Source: Chlamydiales bacterium
GTDB taxonomy: Bacteria; Chlamydiota; Chlamydiia; Chlamydiales; CALTSX01
Reading direction: 5' to 3'
Assembly: GCA_051647685.1 (NCBI GenBank)
Contig: JBOFEG010000020.1
Location: 1-63,270 of the forward strand
DNA: 63,270 bases
The notes beneath the pieces are model-generated. The model saw nothing but the letters and a program-made list of their open reading frames with translations. It did no database searches and was not told where the DNA came from. Below are positions 48,159 through 56,811 of the stretch, piece by piece. The number at the start of each line of letters is the position of its first letter. The stretch's first letter is position 1. A program made the position numbers and the translations under genes.

Positions 48159-49094
48159 AATTCTATGTCCTCTTATAGTGTAAAGTATTACCAGCTACTA
48201 TTCACAAGTCCTATGAATGAGTTTTCTTTTGGAATATTTTGGGCGGAACCTACTATAACTCTCGCATTTTCTGCTATTTTTGTTGCATTAATTTCTGTAT
48301 GGATTCGTCCAACACCATGGGTATGGGGCACTCTTGCAGTGTTATCTGGAATACTCGGATATATCAGTGGCCTGCTTCATATCTATGCTATCATTCCACT
48401 TGCCCTATTATTTATTTTTCTTTTAGTGCTTGCCCATATTGAGATGGAAGGTGTACGTAGAATAATCGTATTGGTTGCGGTAGTTGTACTTTCCTTTTTG
48501 CTAATTCTTCATATCACTCCGGGATTTAAAAGTTGGCTCTTATATCAACCATACGAAATGAAAAAAGGAGTGCGATGGTATTTGGAAACGCCATTTCTTG
48601 GACTATTTATTACGACGCTATATCATCCCCTCCTTCAATCTAAAAAAGAATGGATGCGTATGATTTGGCAAACTATTCCTATCATGTTTTTACAAATTGT
48701 AATAATAATTTATTTTGCGATGTCTTGGGGATTAATCTTTCCTAATGTGAATTTTTCTCTCGCTTTCTTTCCTTGGGTTTTAGGATATCTTTTTTGCACA
48801 GTGGTTCCCCAAGAAGCATTGTTCCACGGAGTAATTCAAAAGGAATTAGAGAGACTTCCTCATAATACAATAAATATTGCTTTAAGCATTGCAATTCCCA
48901 CTGTATGCTTTATTTGCCTGCAGTTATTCATGCAATTCTCTTTTTTATATTTAATCATTCTATGTTTGAGTGGTCTCGGCTATAGTATTTTATATTATAT
49001 GACAAAAAGTATTGAAAGCAGTGTAATATGTCGTATGGTACTCAATAGTATTTACTTCATCTTTTTTACTTATTTGCCTTCTATTAATTTCTGA
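48153..49094 (+). CDS. polytopic membrane protein with degenerate CPBP (CAAX protease/Abi) C-terminal domain
   Basis: PQEALFHGVIQKELE occupies the EExxxR motif position and CRMVLNS the HxxxN position. Start uncertain (48153, 48165 or 48213) because it collides with the divergent pgeF start. Confidence 0.45.
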   Translation: MHNSMSSYSVKYYQLLFTSPMNEFSFGIFWAEPTITLAFSAIFVALISVWIRPTPWVWGTLAVLSGILGYISGLLHIYAIIPLALLFIFLLVLAHIEMEGVRRIIVLVAVVVLSFLLILHITPGFKSWLLYQPYEMKKGVRWYLETPFLGLFITTLYHPLLQSKKEWMRMIWQTIPIMFLQIVIIIYFAMSWGLIFPNVNFSLAFFPWVLGYLFCTVVPQEALFHGVIQKELERLPHNTINIALSIAIPTVCFICLQLFMQFSFLYLIILCLSGLGYSILYYMTKSIESSVICRMVLNSIYFIFFTYLPSINF

Positions 49095-49108
49095 TATGTA
49101 GAGTAGAT

Positions 49109-50077
49109 TTATTTTTTAGAGGCAATCCAATCCTCCATAATTCTTAGTAAGTTTTCTCGGATAGGAATATAGTCTCTTGGATTTTCTTTAGGATCATCAA
49201 AATCAAAATGAAAATTCCCATCGATAAATTCTTGTTTGCTACAACTTCGAACTAATTCCTTTAAACCTCCAAAACGAGAATCGGATGCCGCTATAAATAA
49301 CACAGGTGTTTCAAAAGCAAGACACGGAAGCGCAGCATGTAGTCGCGTGGTAACAACACATTTTGCTTTTCGGTATTTATCTAAAATTTTTTCTGCATGT
49401 AAAAGCCGCTTTTCATAATTTGTTGCCGTAAACTCTGTTAATGGTACTCCATGAGTTAATTTCACTATTTTATATTGAGTATATCTTTCCAAAGCCTGTA
49501 AACAATCTGAGTCAATATCGACAGCATAAATGACTTGTTCTCTTTCTGGGAACGAAGAACCAAGAGTTAGAGTAAGGCATCCAGAAAAATAAGCAGGAAT
49601 GTTCTTTTCTTGTAATTTTTCCCATGTACACCTATCTCTAGCACCAACTGGAGAATGCCGTTTAAGATATTGTATTCCTTCCTCAGAGAATGCAATAGGA
49701 AGGAATTTTGTCGTAAAATGAATCGATATCAAAAATGGATCAATGTCTGGAGAAGGTGGCCATAATTTTTGCAAAGGATTTGTCTGCCACCACCAGCAAT
49801 TATCTTTAGTATGCATAAACCAACCATTAACAATAGTTGGGATCTTATTACAATTAGAGAACGAAGATATAAGTTCTCTATCTATAGGGATATTATTTTT
49901 TTTAGGGAGAAATTGTTTAGCGGCTATTGCTTGTATATCATCTCCAACATTTGTAGTAGAATAAGCAATATAACCAAATGTATTATCGTTAGTCATATTT
50001 CGATTAATCTGACTACTACTACAAAAAAGTAAATTCTCTAGATAAATAAAAACTAAAAAAAGTGATCTAAGATACAT
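49109..50077 (-). CDS. polysaccharide pyruvyl transferase-family protein with N-terminal signal/anchor
   Basis: TNVGDDIQAIAAKQFL, VGARDRCTWEKL, VTTRLHAALPCLAFETPVLFI match PS_pyruv_trans landmarks. ATG at 50077 (MYLRSLFLVFIY...) sits 2 nt after the upstream gene's stop. Confidence 0.6.
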   Translation of the reverse strand: MYLRSLFLVFIYLENLLFCSSSQINRNMTNDNTFGYIAYSTTNVGDDIQAIAAKQFLPKKNNIPIDRELISSFSNCNKIPTIVNGWFMHTKDNCWWWQTNPLQKLWPPSPDIDPFLISIHFTTKFLPIAFSEEGIQYLKRHSPVGARDRCTWEKLQEKNIPAYFSGCLTLTLGSSFPEREQVIYAVDIDSDCLQALERYTQYKIVKLTHGVPLTEFTATNYEKRLLHAEKILDKYRKAKCVVTTRLHAALPCLAFETPVLFIAASDSRFGGLKELVRSCSKQEFIDGNFHFDFDDPKENPRDYIPIRENLLRIMEDWIASKK

Positions 50078-50079
50078 GT

Positions 50080-50913
50080 CTATTCGTTTTCTTTGAAACC
50101 ACATTTATGATTATCCGATATAGCTCCAATAAGATTTGATACGATATTTCTTCTTGATGAATATTGACGAATGCCTGGAATATAATGCGTTTCAGCATCA
50201 ATAAAAGTCCATATAGGGCGAGATGTATAATGTTCTAATATTTTTTTTATTCCTTTCTTTGAAAGAATCATAGAATGCGTTCCATACCTGCTTCTAATTT
50301 GCATAATATCTTTATGACAATAATTTCGAGTAAGGTAGTATTCTAATGGATGTAATTTTTGTCCGGGACGTGGATCTAAGGCTAGACAACGTAGGTAACC
50401 ACCTCGTTTTCTATAATCTATATCTGTATAAAATATGTCCCATTCTGGATCTATTATAAAGAGAGTGGATAAAAGATTTATTAATTCTTTAGGATCCTCC
50501 AAAAACTCCACATCATCTTCCATAACCCAGATAATAGAAAATTCCCTATCAGATGCATCTTTTATTATAGAAATATGAGTTAATAAGCATCCTAAAGCTC
50601 CAGGCGTTATTCTTATGGAATAAGGAGATGCAAGTTCTTGCTGTGCATTCTTAGGAAGTTTCCAACCATTAACAGCAGAGACTCTATTTATACCTAAATT
50701 GTATCGTTCACAAGCAGTTTTTGTATTTTGCCATTTCTCTGTTCGAAAATCTAAATTAAGCACATAAATACAGTCGATTAAATCCAGGCCTGTATTGAGC
50801 TCTGTTACTTCAATAGAAGTTAAATATCTCCAAATGGGGTTCGCTTCATTTGATGCAGAAAAAATAGCGCCAAAGATAGAAAAATAATGAAAAATAAAAA
50901 AATATTTAATCAT
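50080..50913 (-). CDS. family-25 glycosyltransferase (Lic2B/LgtB-, collagen galactosyltransferase-like) with N-terminal signal/anchor
   Basis: IYVLNLDFRTEKW...RVSAVNG, GALGCLLTHISI, IWVMEDDVEF (DxD-like) follow the GT25 pattern. N-terminus MIKYFFIFHYFSIFGAIFSA is hydrophobic. Confidence 0.65.
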   Translation of the reverse strand: MIKYFFIFHYFSIFGAIFSASNEANPIWRYLTSIEVTELNTGLDLIDCIYVLNLDFRTEKWQNTKTACERYNLGINRVSAVNGWKLPKNAQQELASPYSIRITPGALGCLLTHISIIKDASDREFSIIWVMEDDVEFLEDPKELINLLSTLFIIDPEWDIFYTDIDYRKRGGYLRCLALDPRPGQKLHPLEYYLTRNYCHKDIMQIRSRYGTHSMILSKKGIKKILEHYTSRPIWTFIDAETHYIPGIRQYSSRRNIVSNLIGAISDNHKCGFKENE

Positions 50914-50973
50914 AGTTTACTCAATCTTTATGCATCATGTTATATAATCATTATTATTTTCAATTCTTATTTA

Positions 50974-51002
50974 TTGCAGTAAACACATTTTCAAATTATA
51001 AA
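50974..51002 (+). promoter_or_regulatory. candidate sigma-70-type promoter for mcsA-mcsB
   Basis: TTGCAG (50974-50979), 17-nt spacer, TATAAA (50997-51002), 27 nt before the ATG at 51030. Confidence 0.3.
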
Positions 51003-51029
51003 CAGGAAAATATATTTTGAGGTCTTATC

Positions 51030-51542
51030 ATGGAACGTCCTATAGAATGCAGTCACTGCAAACGCAGTATTAAAATTATTTATCAAGATATTCAATTACA
51101 CGAATCAAACGAAATTGGTATGTGTAACAAATGTCCAATTCTGAACAAAAAATTGCACGGTACGCAAGGAAAATCTACCACAAGCCATCCTATTAACCAG
51201 GAAACTGTACAGACTCTTCACTGTGGGAATTGTGAAACTTCACAAGAGGCTCTGCAAACAGGAGAGGGACTTGGGTGCAGTGAATGTTATGTTGTGTTTG
51301 AAGAACTTATTTTGCAAGATCTCGTGCAGGCAAATAAAATAGGCCCACGAGTGAGATCAACTCTAGCAAAAAAGAAATATGCTTCTCTTCATATTGGGAA
51401 AACACCTCATCAACCAAAAGAAATTACACTCTCTAAACGACTACAAGAACTCACTGAAGCTCTTAATGAAGCTTTAAAAGGAGAAAACTACGAACAGGCG
51501 GCTTGGCTCAGAGATCAAATTCAGGAGATTATAGGGAAATAA
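51030..51542 (+). CDS. mcsA: McsA-like protein (zinc-finger plus UVR motif; activator of protein arginine kinase)
   Basis: Paired CxxC motifs (CSHC..CNKC; CGNC..CSEC) and C-terminal UVR motif ENYEQAAWLRDQIQEI. Immediately upstream of mcsB. Confidence 0.75.
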   Translation: MERPIECSHCKRSIKIIYQDIQLHESNEIGMCNKCPILNKKLHGTQGKSTTSHPINQETVQTLHCGNCETSQEALQTGEGLGCSECYVVFEELILQDLVQANKIGPRVRSTLAKKKYASLHIGKTPHQPKEITLSKRLQELTEALNEALKGENYEQAAWLRDQIQEIIGK

Positions 51543-51543
51543 T

Positions 51544-52611
51544 ATGCCAAAAAAATCTGTACTTCCAAAATCATTGCTCGAACATACTCCTTGGGAAAAT
51601 ACAGAAACTCCTATTTGGTTAGCTTCTGTATTTATAATTCGTCGAAATCTTTCTAGATACCTATTTCCACAGAAAATGAATGGAAAACAATCAGAAATTA
51701 CGTTAAAAATTCTCAAAGAGACTATTCTTCAATCGCAAATATTGAATAAGCCTATATTTTTTAAAGCTAATACGTTAAATCCTACTGAACGAGAATATCT
51801 CTTAGAGTATTTTCTCCTCAGTGATGAAATACAAAGCCTGCAAGAACAACAAGGTTTCTTTTTAGAAGACTCACGATCCCTTTTCATACAAATTAATCAA
51901 AAAGATCACTTATCCTTCTATTGTATTGATTGTGGAAGTGATTGGAAAAATAGTTGGAAAAAATTATCCAATATGGAATCTACACTGAGCAATCACGTAG
52001 AATTTGCTTATAATCCAAAATTTGGATATTTAACCTCTAACCAACAAGCCTGTGGATCAGCTTTTCAAATCCACACCTATCTTCATATCCCATCTATTAT
52101 TCATAGCAATGCTTTGTCCTCTAGTTTGCAAAATCTTAGAGAACAAGATATCGAGGTAAAGGGAATCTCAGGAAATTTAGAAGAAATAGTTGGCGATCTA
52201 ATTCTTCTACAGAATAGATACACTTTGGGAGTTTCTGAAGAAACCATATTGCATCAAGTCCATACTTTTGCGACAAAATTGATGCAAGCCGAAAGAGAAT
52301 GTAGAGAAAAAATTCTAGAAAAAGAACCTGCTATTATTAAAGATAAAGTGAGTAGAGCTTATGGGTTGTTAAATCATTCCTATCAATTAGAAATTAAAGA
52401 AACTCTTTCGGCTTTGAGTTTACTGAAGCTTGGAATCGATTTGAATTTGATAATTGGCATTACACATCCACAAATTAATGATCTTCTCTTTAAATGCCGA
52501 AGAGCTTATCTAATGGTGGCTGAAGATAGCCACCTTACACAGGAAGAAATTTCTCATAAACGTTCTGAATTATTGCATCAATATTTAAAGAATGTAACCT
52601 TAAAAATTTGA
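51544..52611 (+). CDS. mcsB: protein arginine kinase McsB (ATP:guanido phosphotransferase family)
   Basis: 355 aa. INQKDHLSF and CGSAFQIHTYLHIP align with the NEEDHLR and GTG.R.SV..HLP blocks of guanido kinases. Confidence 0.85.
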   Translation: MPKKSVLPKSLLEHTPWENTETPIWLASVFIIRRNLSRYLFPQKMNGKQSEITLKILKETILQSQILNKPIFFKANTLNPTEREYLLEYFLLSDEIQSLQEQQGFFLEDSRSLFIQINQKDHLSFYCIDCGSDWKNSWKKLSNMESTLSNHVEFAYNPKFGYLTSNQQACGSAFQIHTYLHIPSIIHSNALSSSLQNLREQDIEVKGISGNLEEIVGDLILLQNRYTLGVSEETILHQVHTFATKLMQAERECREKILEKEPAIIKDKVSRAYGLLNHSYQLEIKETLSALSLLKLGIDLNLIIGITHPQINDLLFKCRRAYLMVAEDSHLTQEEISHKRSELLHQYLKNVTLKI

Positions 52612-52690
52612 ATTACTTATAGTAATTTTAGATACTATGAAAAAATCTCATATCGCATAATACTATCTGAATAATGTATTTTGAAATTCT

Positions 52691-54049
52691 ATGACTGACT
52701 CCTCTAAACCAATTATAAAAGCTATCCTTGTAATGGGAGGTAAGGGGCTTAGATTCGGAGCATCAACCCCTAAACAATTTCATCTCCTATCTGGCAAACC
52801 CGTCTATTTATACGCATTGGAAACTCTCCAAGCAAGTTTAGCTTTTTGTAAAATAATTATTGTATGCCCAAAGGATTGGATAGGGAAAGTATCTGAAGAA
52901 ACAGCTAGCTTTGGAGATTCTGTGCAATTAATTGTTGGTGGGTCTACAAGACAGCAATCTTGCTATTTAGGACTACAAGAAGCAAATCCATGTGATTATA
53001 TTCTTATACATGACGCAGTGCGTCCACTACTGACCCACGAGATCATTAATAAAAATATTGATAGTGTGCTGCAATACAAAGCTGTAAATACGATTTGTCC
53101 TGTCTCTGATACTATAGTTCATTTAAATCAAACAACGCGCTTTATACAAAGTATTCCTAATCGATCCTTTTGCTTTCAAGGACAAACGCCACAAACTTTT
53201 GCATATCCTCTAATCTTGAATGCACACAATCACGCTTTACAATGTAACGTAAACAATGCCTCCGATGATTGTCAATTGGTACTCGGCATTGGTCACCCCA
53301 TATATACCGTTAATGGATCTGAACAAAATATTAAAATTACAAATAGAATCGATCTTTATATTGCAGAACATCTCCTAAGAACATACAGACCAATTACAGA
53401 TGTTGACTCTCCTGAAAAATTCTTCGGAAAAACTTTTGTCATCACAGGGGGTACAGGCGGTATTGGAAAAGAAATCTGTAAGTTATTACAACACTATGGT
53501 GCTACAGCAATCCCGATTTCTACTACTTCCCAATATAAAGCTAATTTGCAAAGTGCTAAGGAAGCTAAGCGGATATTTCATCAAATTTATAAAAAATATG
53601 GTCTTATCGACGGATTAATCAATAGTATTGGCTACCTAAAGAAAAGCCATCTAGCTGATTTAAGCGTCGAGGAAATACAAAAAGGAGTTGCAATAAACTT
53701 TTGTAGCGTAATTTACTCTTGTAAATTTGCACAGATTAAAACTGGTGGCCATATCATTAATTTAGCGTCGTCTGCATACTTTCGTGGAAGACGAGAATGC
53801 AGCATTTATTCTGGAAGTAAAGCGGCTATTGTCAACTTTACGCAAGCTCTAGCGGAAGAAATTCCAGATTTATTTATCAATGCTGTGATTCCACAGCGCA
53901 CAAATACATCTCTTCGAAAAAAAAATTTCCCTAGCGATGATCCAGCGGGCTTATTATCCCCTGAACAAGTAGCCTCTTCTACACTTAAGGTTTTGTTACA
54001 AAAAAAAGATACAGGCACTGTCATTGAGATAAAGAAAGATGAGACGTGA
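52691..54049 (+). CDS. bifunctional IspD/TarI-type cytidylyltransferase + short-chain dehydrogenase (Bcs1-like CDP-ribitol synthase)
   Basis: N-half: AILVMGGKGLRFG..PKQF, HDAVRPL, GQTPQTF. C-half: VITGGTGGIGKEI, YSGSKAAIVNFTQALAEE, PQRTNT. The C-half parallels H. influenzae Bcs1 as I remember it. Confidence 0.75.
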   Translation: MTDSSKPIIKAILVMGGKGLRFGASTPKQFHLLSGKPVYLYALETLQASLAFCKIIIVCPKDWIGKVSEETASFGDSVQLIVGGSTRQQSCYLGLQEANPCDYILIHDAVRPLLTHEIINKNIDSVLQYKAVNTICPVSDTIVHLNQTTRFIQSIPNRSFCFQGQTPQTFAYPLILNAHNHALQCNVNNASDDCQLVLGIGHPIYTVNGSEQNIKITNRIDLYIAEHLLRTYRPITDVDSPEKFFGKTFVITGGTGGIGKEICKLLQHYGATAIPISTTSQYKANLQSAKEAKRIFHQIYKKYGLIDGLINSIGYLKKSHLADLSVEEIQKGVAINFCSVIYSCKFAQIKTGGHIINLASSAYFRGRRECSIYSGSKAAIVNFTQALAEEIPDLFINAVIPQRTNTSLRKKNFPSDDPAGLLSPEQVASSTLKVLLQKKDTGTVIEIKKDET

Positions 54050-54114
54050 TGGATTCGAACCAATCGACCTCCTCCTTAAAAGGGAGGCGCTCTAACCAGC
54101 TGAGCTAACGTCCC
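54040..54114 (-). tRNA. tRNA-Lys (anticodon UUU)
   Basis: Reverse complement folds as acceptor GGGACGT/ACGTCTC, D arm GCTC/GAGC, anticodon arm CCTCC-CTTTTAA-GGAGG, T loop TTCGAAT. CCA is not encoded. The T stem needs one bulged or mismatched base. Confidence 0.85.
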
Positions 54115-54132
54115 AATGACTTAAATAGAATG

Positions 54133-54207
54133 TGACCCCAAGGGGATTCGAACCCCTGTTGCCAGAATGAAAATCTGATGTCCTAGGCCGGGCTAGACGA
54201 TGGGGCC
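54133..54207 (-). tRNA. tRNA-Glu (anticodon UUC)
   Basis: GGCCCCATCGTCTAG... start typical of tRNA-Glu. Anticodon arm TCAGA-TTTTCAT-TCTGG, T arm AGGGG-TTCGAAT-CCCCT, acceptor GGCCCCA/TGGGGTC. Confidence 0.9.
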
Positions 54208-54268
54208 AAAAATTAAAAGCTTAACTTAAACCAAAAAAGCTTATAAAAATCCCGAGTTTTTTTACAGA

Positions 54269-54820
54269 TTAAACTTCTAATACTTCTTTTCCCTTGTTTT
54301 CTGTAAGCTCATCAATTTGTTTACAAAATGAATCTGTTTGTTCTTGCACATGCTTTTCCAACTTTTTTTGTTGATCTTCTGCAAGTAAGCCATCTGCTTT
54401 TTGTTTTTTGATTTCTTTATTGCTCTCCTGTCGGATACTTCGAATTGTGATCTTAGCATCCTCCCCTTTTTGTTTTACTTGTTTAACAACTATCTTGCGT
54501 GTTTCTTCGCTTAGAGGAAGAATCATAATACGAAGAGCATTTCCATGTTGATTAATTTGTAAATTCGGATTTTCTTTCTCAATGGCTTTGCCAATATCTC
54601 CAAGTAAACTTGCATCGTAAGGAGTAATCAACAATTGTCTAGGTTCAGGGATTGTAATTGTAGCGACATCCCGCAGACGCATACGAGAATTGTAAGCTGA
54701 TATAAAAATATCCTCTACCATAGCCGCATTAGCTCTATTCGTTCTAATAATGCTGAGCTCTTTCGCAAAAAAATCTAATGCTGCTGCCATTTTCTTTTTT
54801 GTATCTTCCATGATACTCAT
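54269..54820 (-). CDS. frr: ribosome recycling factor
   Basis: 183 aa. LSIIRTNRANAAMVEDI, ITIPEPRQLLITPYD, PLSEETRK blocks are typical of RRF. Confidence 0.9.
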   Translation of the reverse strand: MSIMEDTKKKMAAALDFFAKELSIIRTNRANAAMVEDIFISAYNSRMRLRDVATITIPEPRQLLITPYDASLLGDIGKAIEKENPNLQINQHGNALRIMILPLSEETRKIVVKQVKQKGEDAKITIRSIRQESNKEIKKQKADGLLAEDQQKKLEKHVQEQTDSFCKQIDELTENKGKEVLEV

Positions 54821-54853
54821 TATGTAATACTCAATTTGAAAAAAATATATAAG

Positions 54854-55714
54854 TTATATAGAACTATTTACTTCTTCCCCTAATTGCCATCGAAGAAATT
54901 TTTCTATTTTACAATTAGGATCTGTTTTCTTAATAAATTCTTCTACTGTATAAGCATTGTCTTTAACATATTTTTGCGATAACAAACAATTTGTTTCATA
55001 AAATGCTTTTAGTTTTCCTTCAATAATATTTCGGGTAACATTTTCTGGTTTCCCAGTTGGTATCTGAGCCCGTAGAATTTCTTGTTCCTCATTCAGAACC
55101 GATTTAGGGATCAATTCTTTAGATAAATAGATAGGTGCTTCTGCAACTACATGAACCGCAATTTCTTTAGCGAGATCAGAGCGATTTGCTCCTTGTATAT
55201 CTACAAAAGAAACGATTTTTCCACCCATGTGAGAATACCAACCATAGGAATGAGCTCGATTCTTTTTGTAAAGATAGATACGACGAAGTTGCAAGTTTTC
55301 TCCTAAACTGAGAACAAGTTCTATTCGTCTATCTTCTACTGTTTTTTTTGGATCAGAAATCAAATGAGATTTTTCCAGTTTTGCAATCGAATCAGCGTGA
55401 GATTGTAAGGAAATATTTGCGCATTCTTCTACAAATTTTTGAAATAGATCATTTTTTGCTACAAAATCCGTTTCAGAATTTATTTCGAGGATGACGAGAT
55501 AATCTTCATTTTCTGCACATTGTAACATACCATTTTTAGCAGATCGCCCACTCTTATTTACAGCTGTGGCAGCTCCAATCTTTCGCAAGTGGACTACAGC
55601 AGCCGGGATATCTCCATGAGTAATAACTAAAGCCTCTTGACATTTTTGCATTCCGACTCCAGTGAGTTCGCGCAATTTTTTTACATCAGCAGCAGTTACA
55701 ATAGAGTTACTCAC
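54854..55714 (-). CDS. tsf: elongation factor Ts
   Basis: N-terminal UBA-like AADVKKLRELTGVGMQKCQEAL and ETDFVAKND motif. Confidence 0.9.
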   Translation of the reverse strand: MSNSIVTAADVKKLRELTGVGMQKCQEALVITHGDIPAAVVHLRKIGAATAVNKSGRSAKNGMLQCAENEDYLVILEINSETDFVAKNDLFQKFVEECANISLQSHADSIAKLEKSHLISDPKKTVEDRRIELVLSLGENLQLRRIYLYKKNRAHSYGWYSHMGGKIVSFVDIQGANRSDLAKEIAVHVVAEAPIYLSKELIPKSVLNEEQEILRAQIPTGKPENVTRNIIEGKLKAFYETNCLLSQKYVKDNAYTVEEFIKKTDPNCKIEKFLRWQLGEEVNSSI

Positions 55715-56502
55715 TCGTTATCTCCTTTTTCTTTATCAGTCTCTGTAGTTTCTTCTTTTGCGATTTCGGATGATTCTTGTTGATGTTTTTGTACAAGTCC
55801 TACATTGAGCTCTTTTTTACAAGAACTAATTACAGATGCAAACTCTGCAAGAATTAGTTTAATGCTTTTAAGGGCATCATCGTTACAAGCAACAATGTGA
55901 TCAATCGGATCTGGATCGCAATTCGTATCAACTAATGCGAGAATTGGAATGTCTAGTGCGTTTGCTTCTGCAACAGCAATATGTTCCTTCCCGGGATCAA
56001 CTATTATAATGAGACCAGGAGGTTTACGCATTGCTCGCACACCAGATAAATTTCGATCTAATTTTATCCTATCCTTATTTAATACAGATTGCTCTTTTTT
56101 AGTTAACTCATCTGCCTTTTGAGTGAGTTCCTTTTCAATTCTTTCGAGTCTTTTAACGGATTGTCTTATAGTAGTGAGATTAGTCAACATTCCTCCAAGC
56201 CATCTCTCTGAAACATAAAACTCTCCGCATTGCTCTGCGCATTCTTTAATAACACTTTTAGCTTGTTTTTTTGTTCCTACAAATAGAATGCTCTTTCGGG
56301 AGGAGACTACACTTGTTATGACTTGGATTGCTTGTCGAATCTGCTCCATTGTTTTAGCGAGATCAATCAGATAGATCCCGTTGCGCTCTTCATAGATATA
56401 ACGTCGCATTTTTGGATTCCAACGATTTTTTTGATGGCCAAAATGAGCTCCGCTCTCTAATAATGCGGCGATTGTTACTGTTGTATGTATTGTACTTGTC
56501 AA
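55711..56502 (-). CDS. rpsB: 30S ribosomal protein S2
   Basis: LLESGAHFGHQKNRWNPKM, ILFVGTKKQA, WLGGMLTN. TTG start with AGAGG upstream. Acidic C-terminal tail. Confidence 0.9.
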   Translation of the reverse strand: MTSTIHTTVTIAALLESGAHFGHQKNRWNPKMRRYIYEERNGIYLIDLAKTMEQIRQAIQVITSVVSSRKSILFVGTKKQAKSVIKECAEQCGEFYVSERWLGGMLTNLTTIRQSVKRLERIEKELTQKADELTKKEQSVLNKDRIKLDRNLSGVRAMRKPPGLIIIVDPGKEHIAVAEANALDIPILALVDTNCDPDPIDHIVACNDDALKSIKLILAEFASVISSCKKELNVGLVQKHQQESSEIAKEETTETDKEKGDNE

Positions 56503-56634
56503 TTTAAACCTCTAACCTTACATATCTTTTAAATTAAAAGATGAAAAAATAGCTTCTTCAAAAGGATACCAACTTAAGGTATTTAATACAAGTGACCCTA
56601 AGAACGTTTTATTGTATATTTTTTTTAAACTAAA

Positions 56635-56705
56635 AGCGCCCGACCAGAGTCGAACTGGCGACCGAAGCTTGGAAGGCTTCTATTTTACCACTAAACTACA
56701 GGCGC
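56635..56705 (-). tRNA. tRNA-Gly (anticodon UCC)
   Basis: GCGCCTG/CGGGCGC acceptor with U discriminator, anticodon arm GAAGC-CTTCCAA-GCTTC, T arm GCCAG-TTCGACT-CTGGT. Confidence 0.9.
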
Positions 56706-56811
56706 ACTACGTAAAAATAGAAAAATTTACCTCAGATACTTTTTTTTTCCAAGCATAAAAGAGAGTATACTAAGAAGATTATTTGACAAATCTTTTTATT
56801 TATCGCAATTT

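Noticed and set aside
50914-51029. CtsR operator (tandem GGTCAAA heptads) expected upstream of mcsA-mcsB, as in Firmicutes.
   Set aside because: No such repeat is visible in the 116-nt region. Only a generic -35/-10 pair is present.
52691-54049. Annotating this gene simply as ispD of the MEP pathway.
   Set aside because: The full-length C-terminal SDR domain and its Bcs1-like motifs make a CDP-ribitol synthase more likely. It is kept as a finding pending phylogeny.
54040-54207. The tRNA-Lys/tRNA-Glu pair could be the attachment site of a genomic island carrying the Bcs1-like gene.
   Set aside because: I found no direct repeat of the tRNA 3' end upstream, and no integrase. The neighbouring mcsA-mcsB are core genes in conserved chlamydial synteny.
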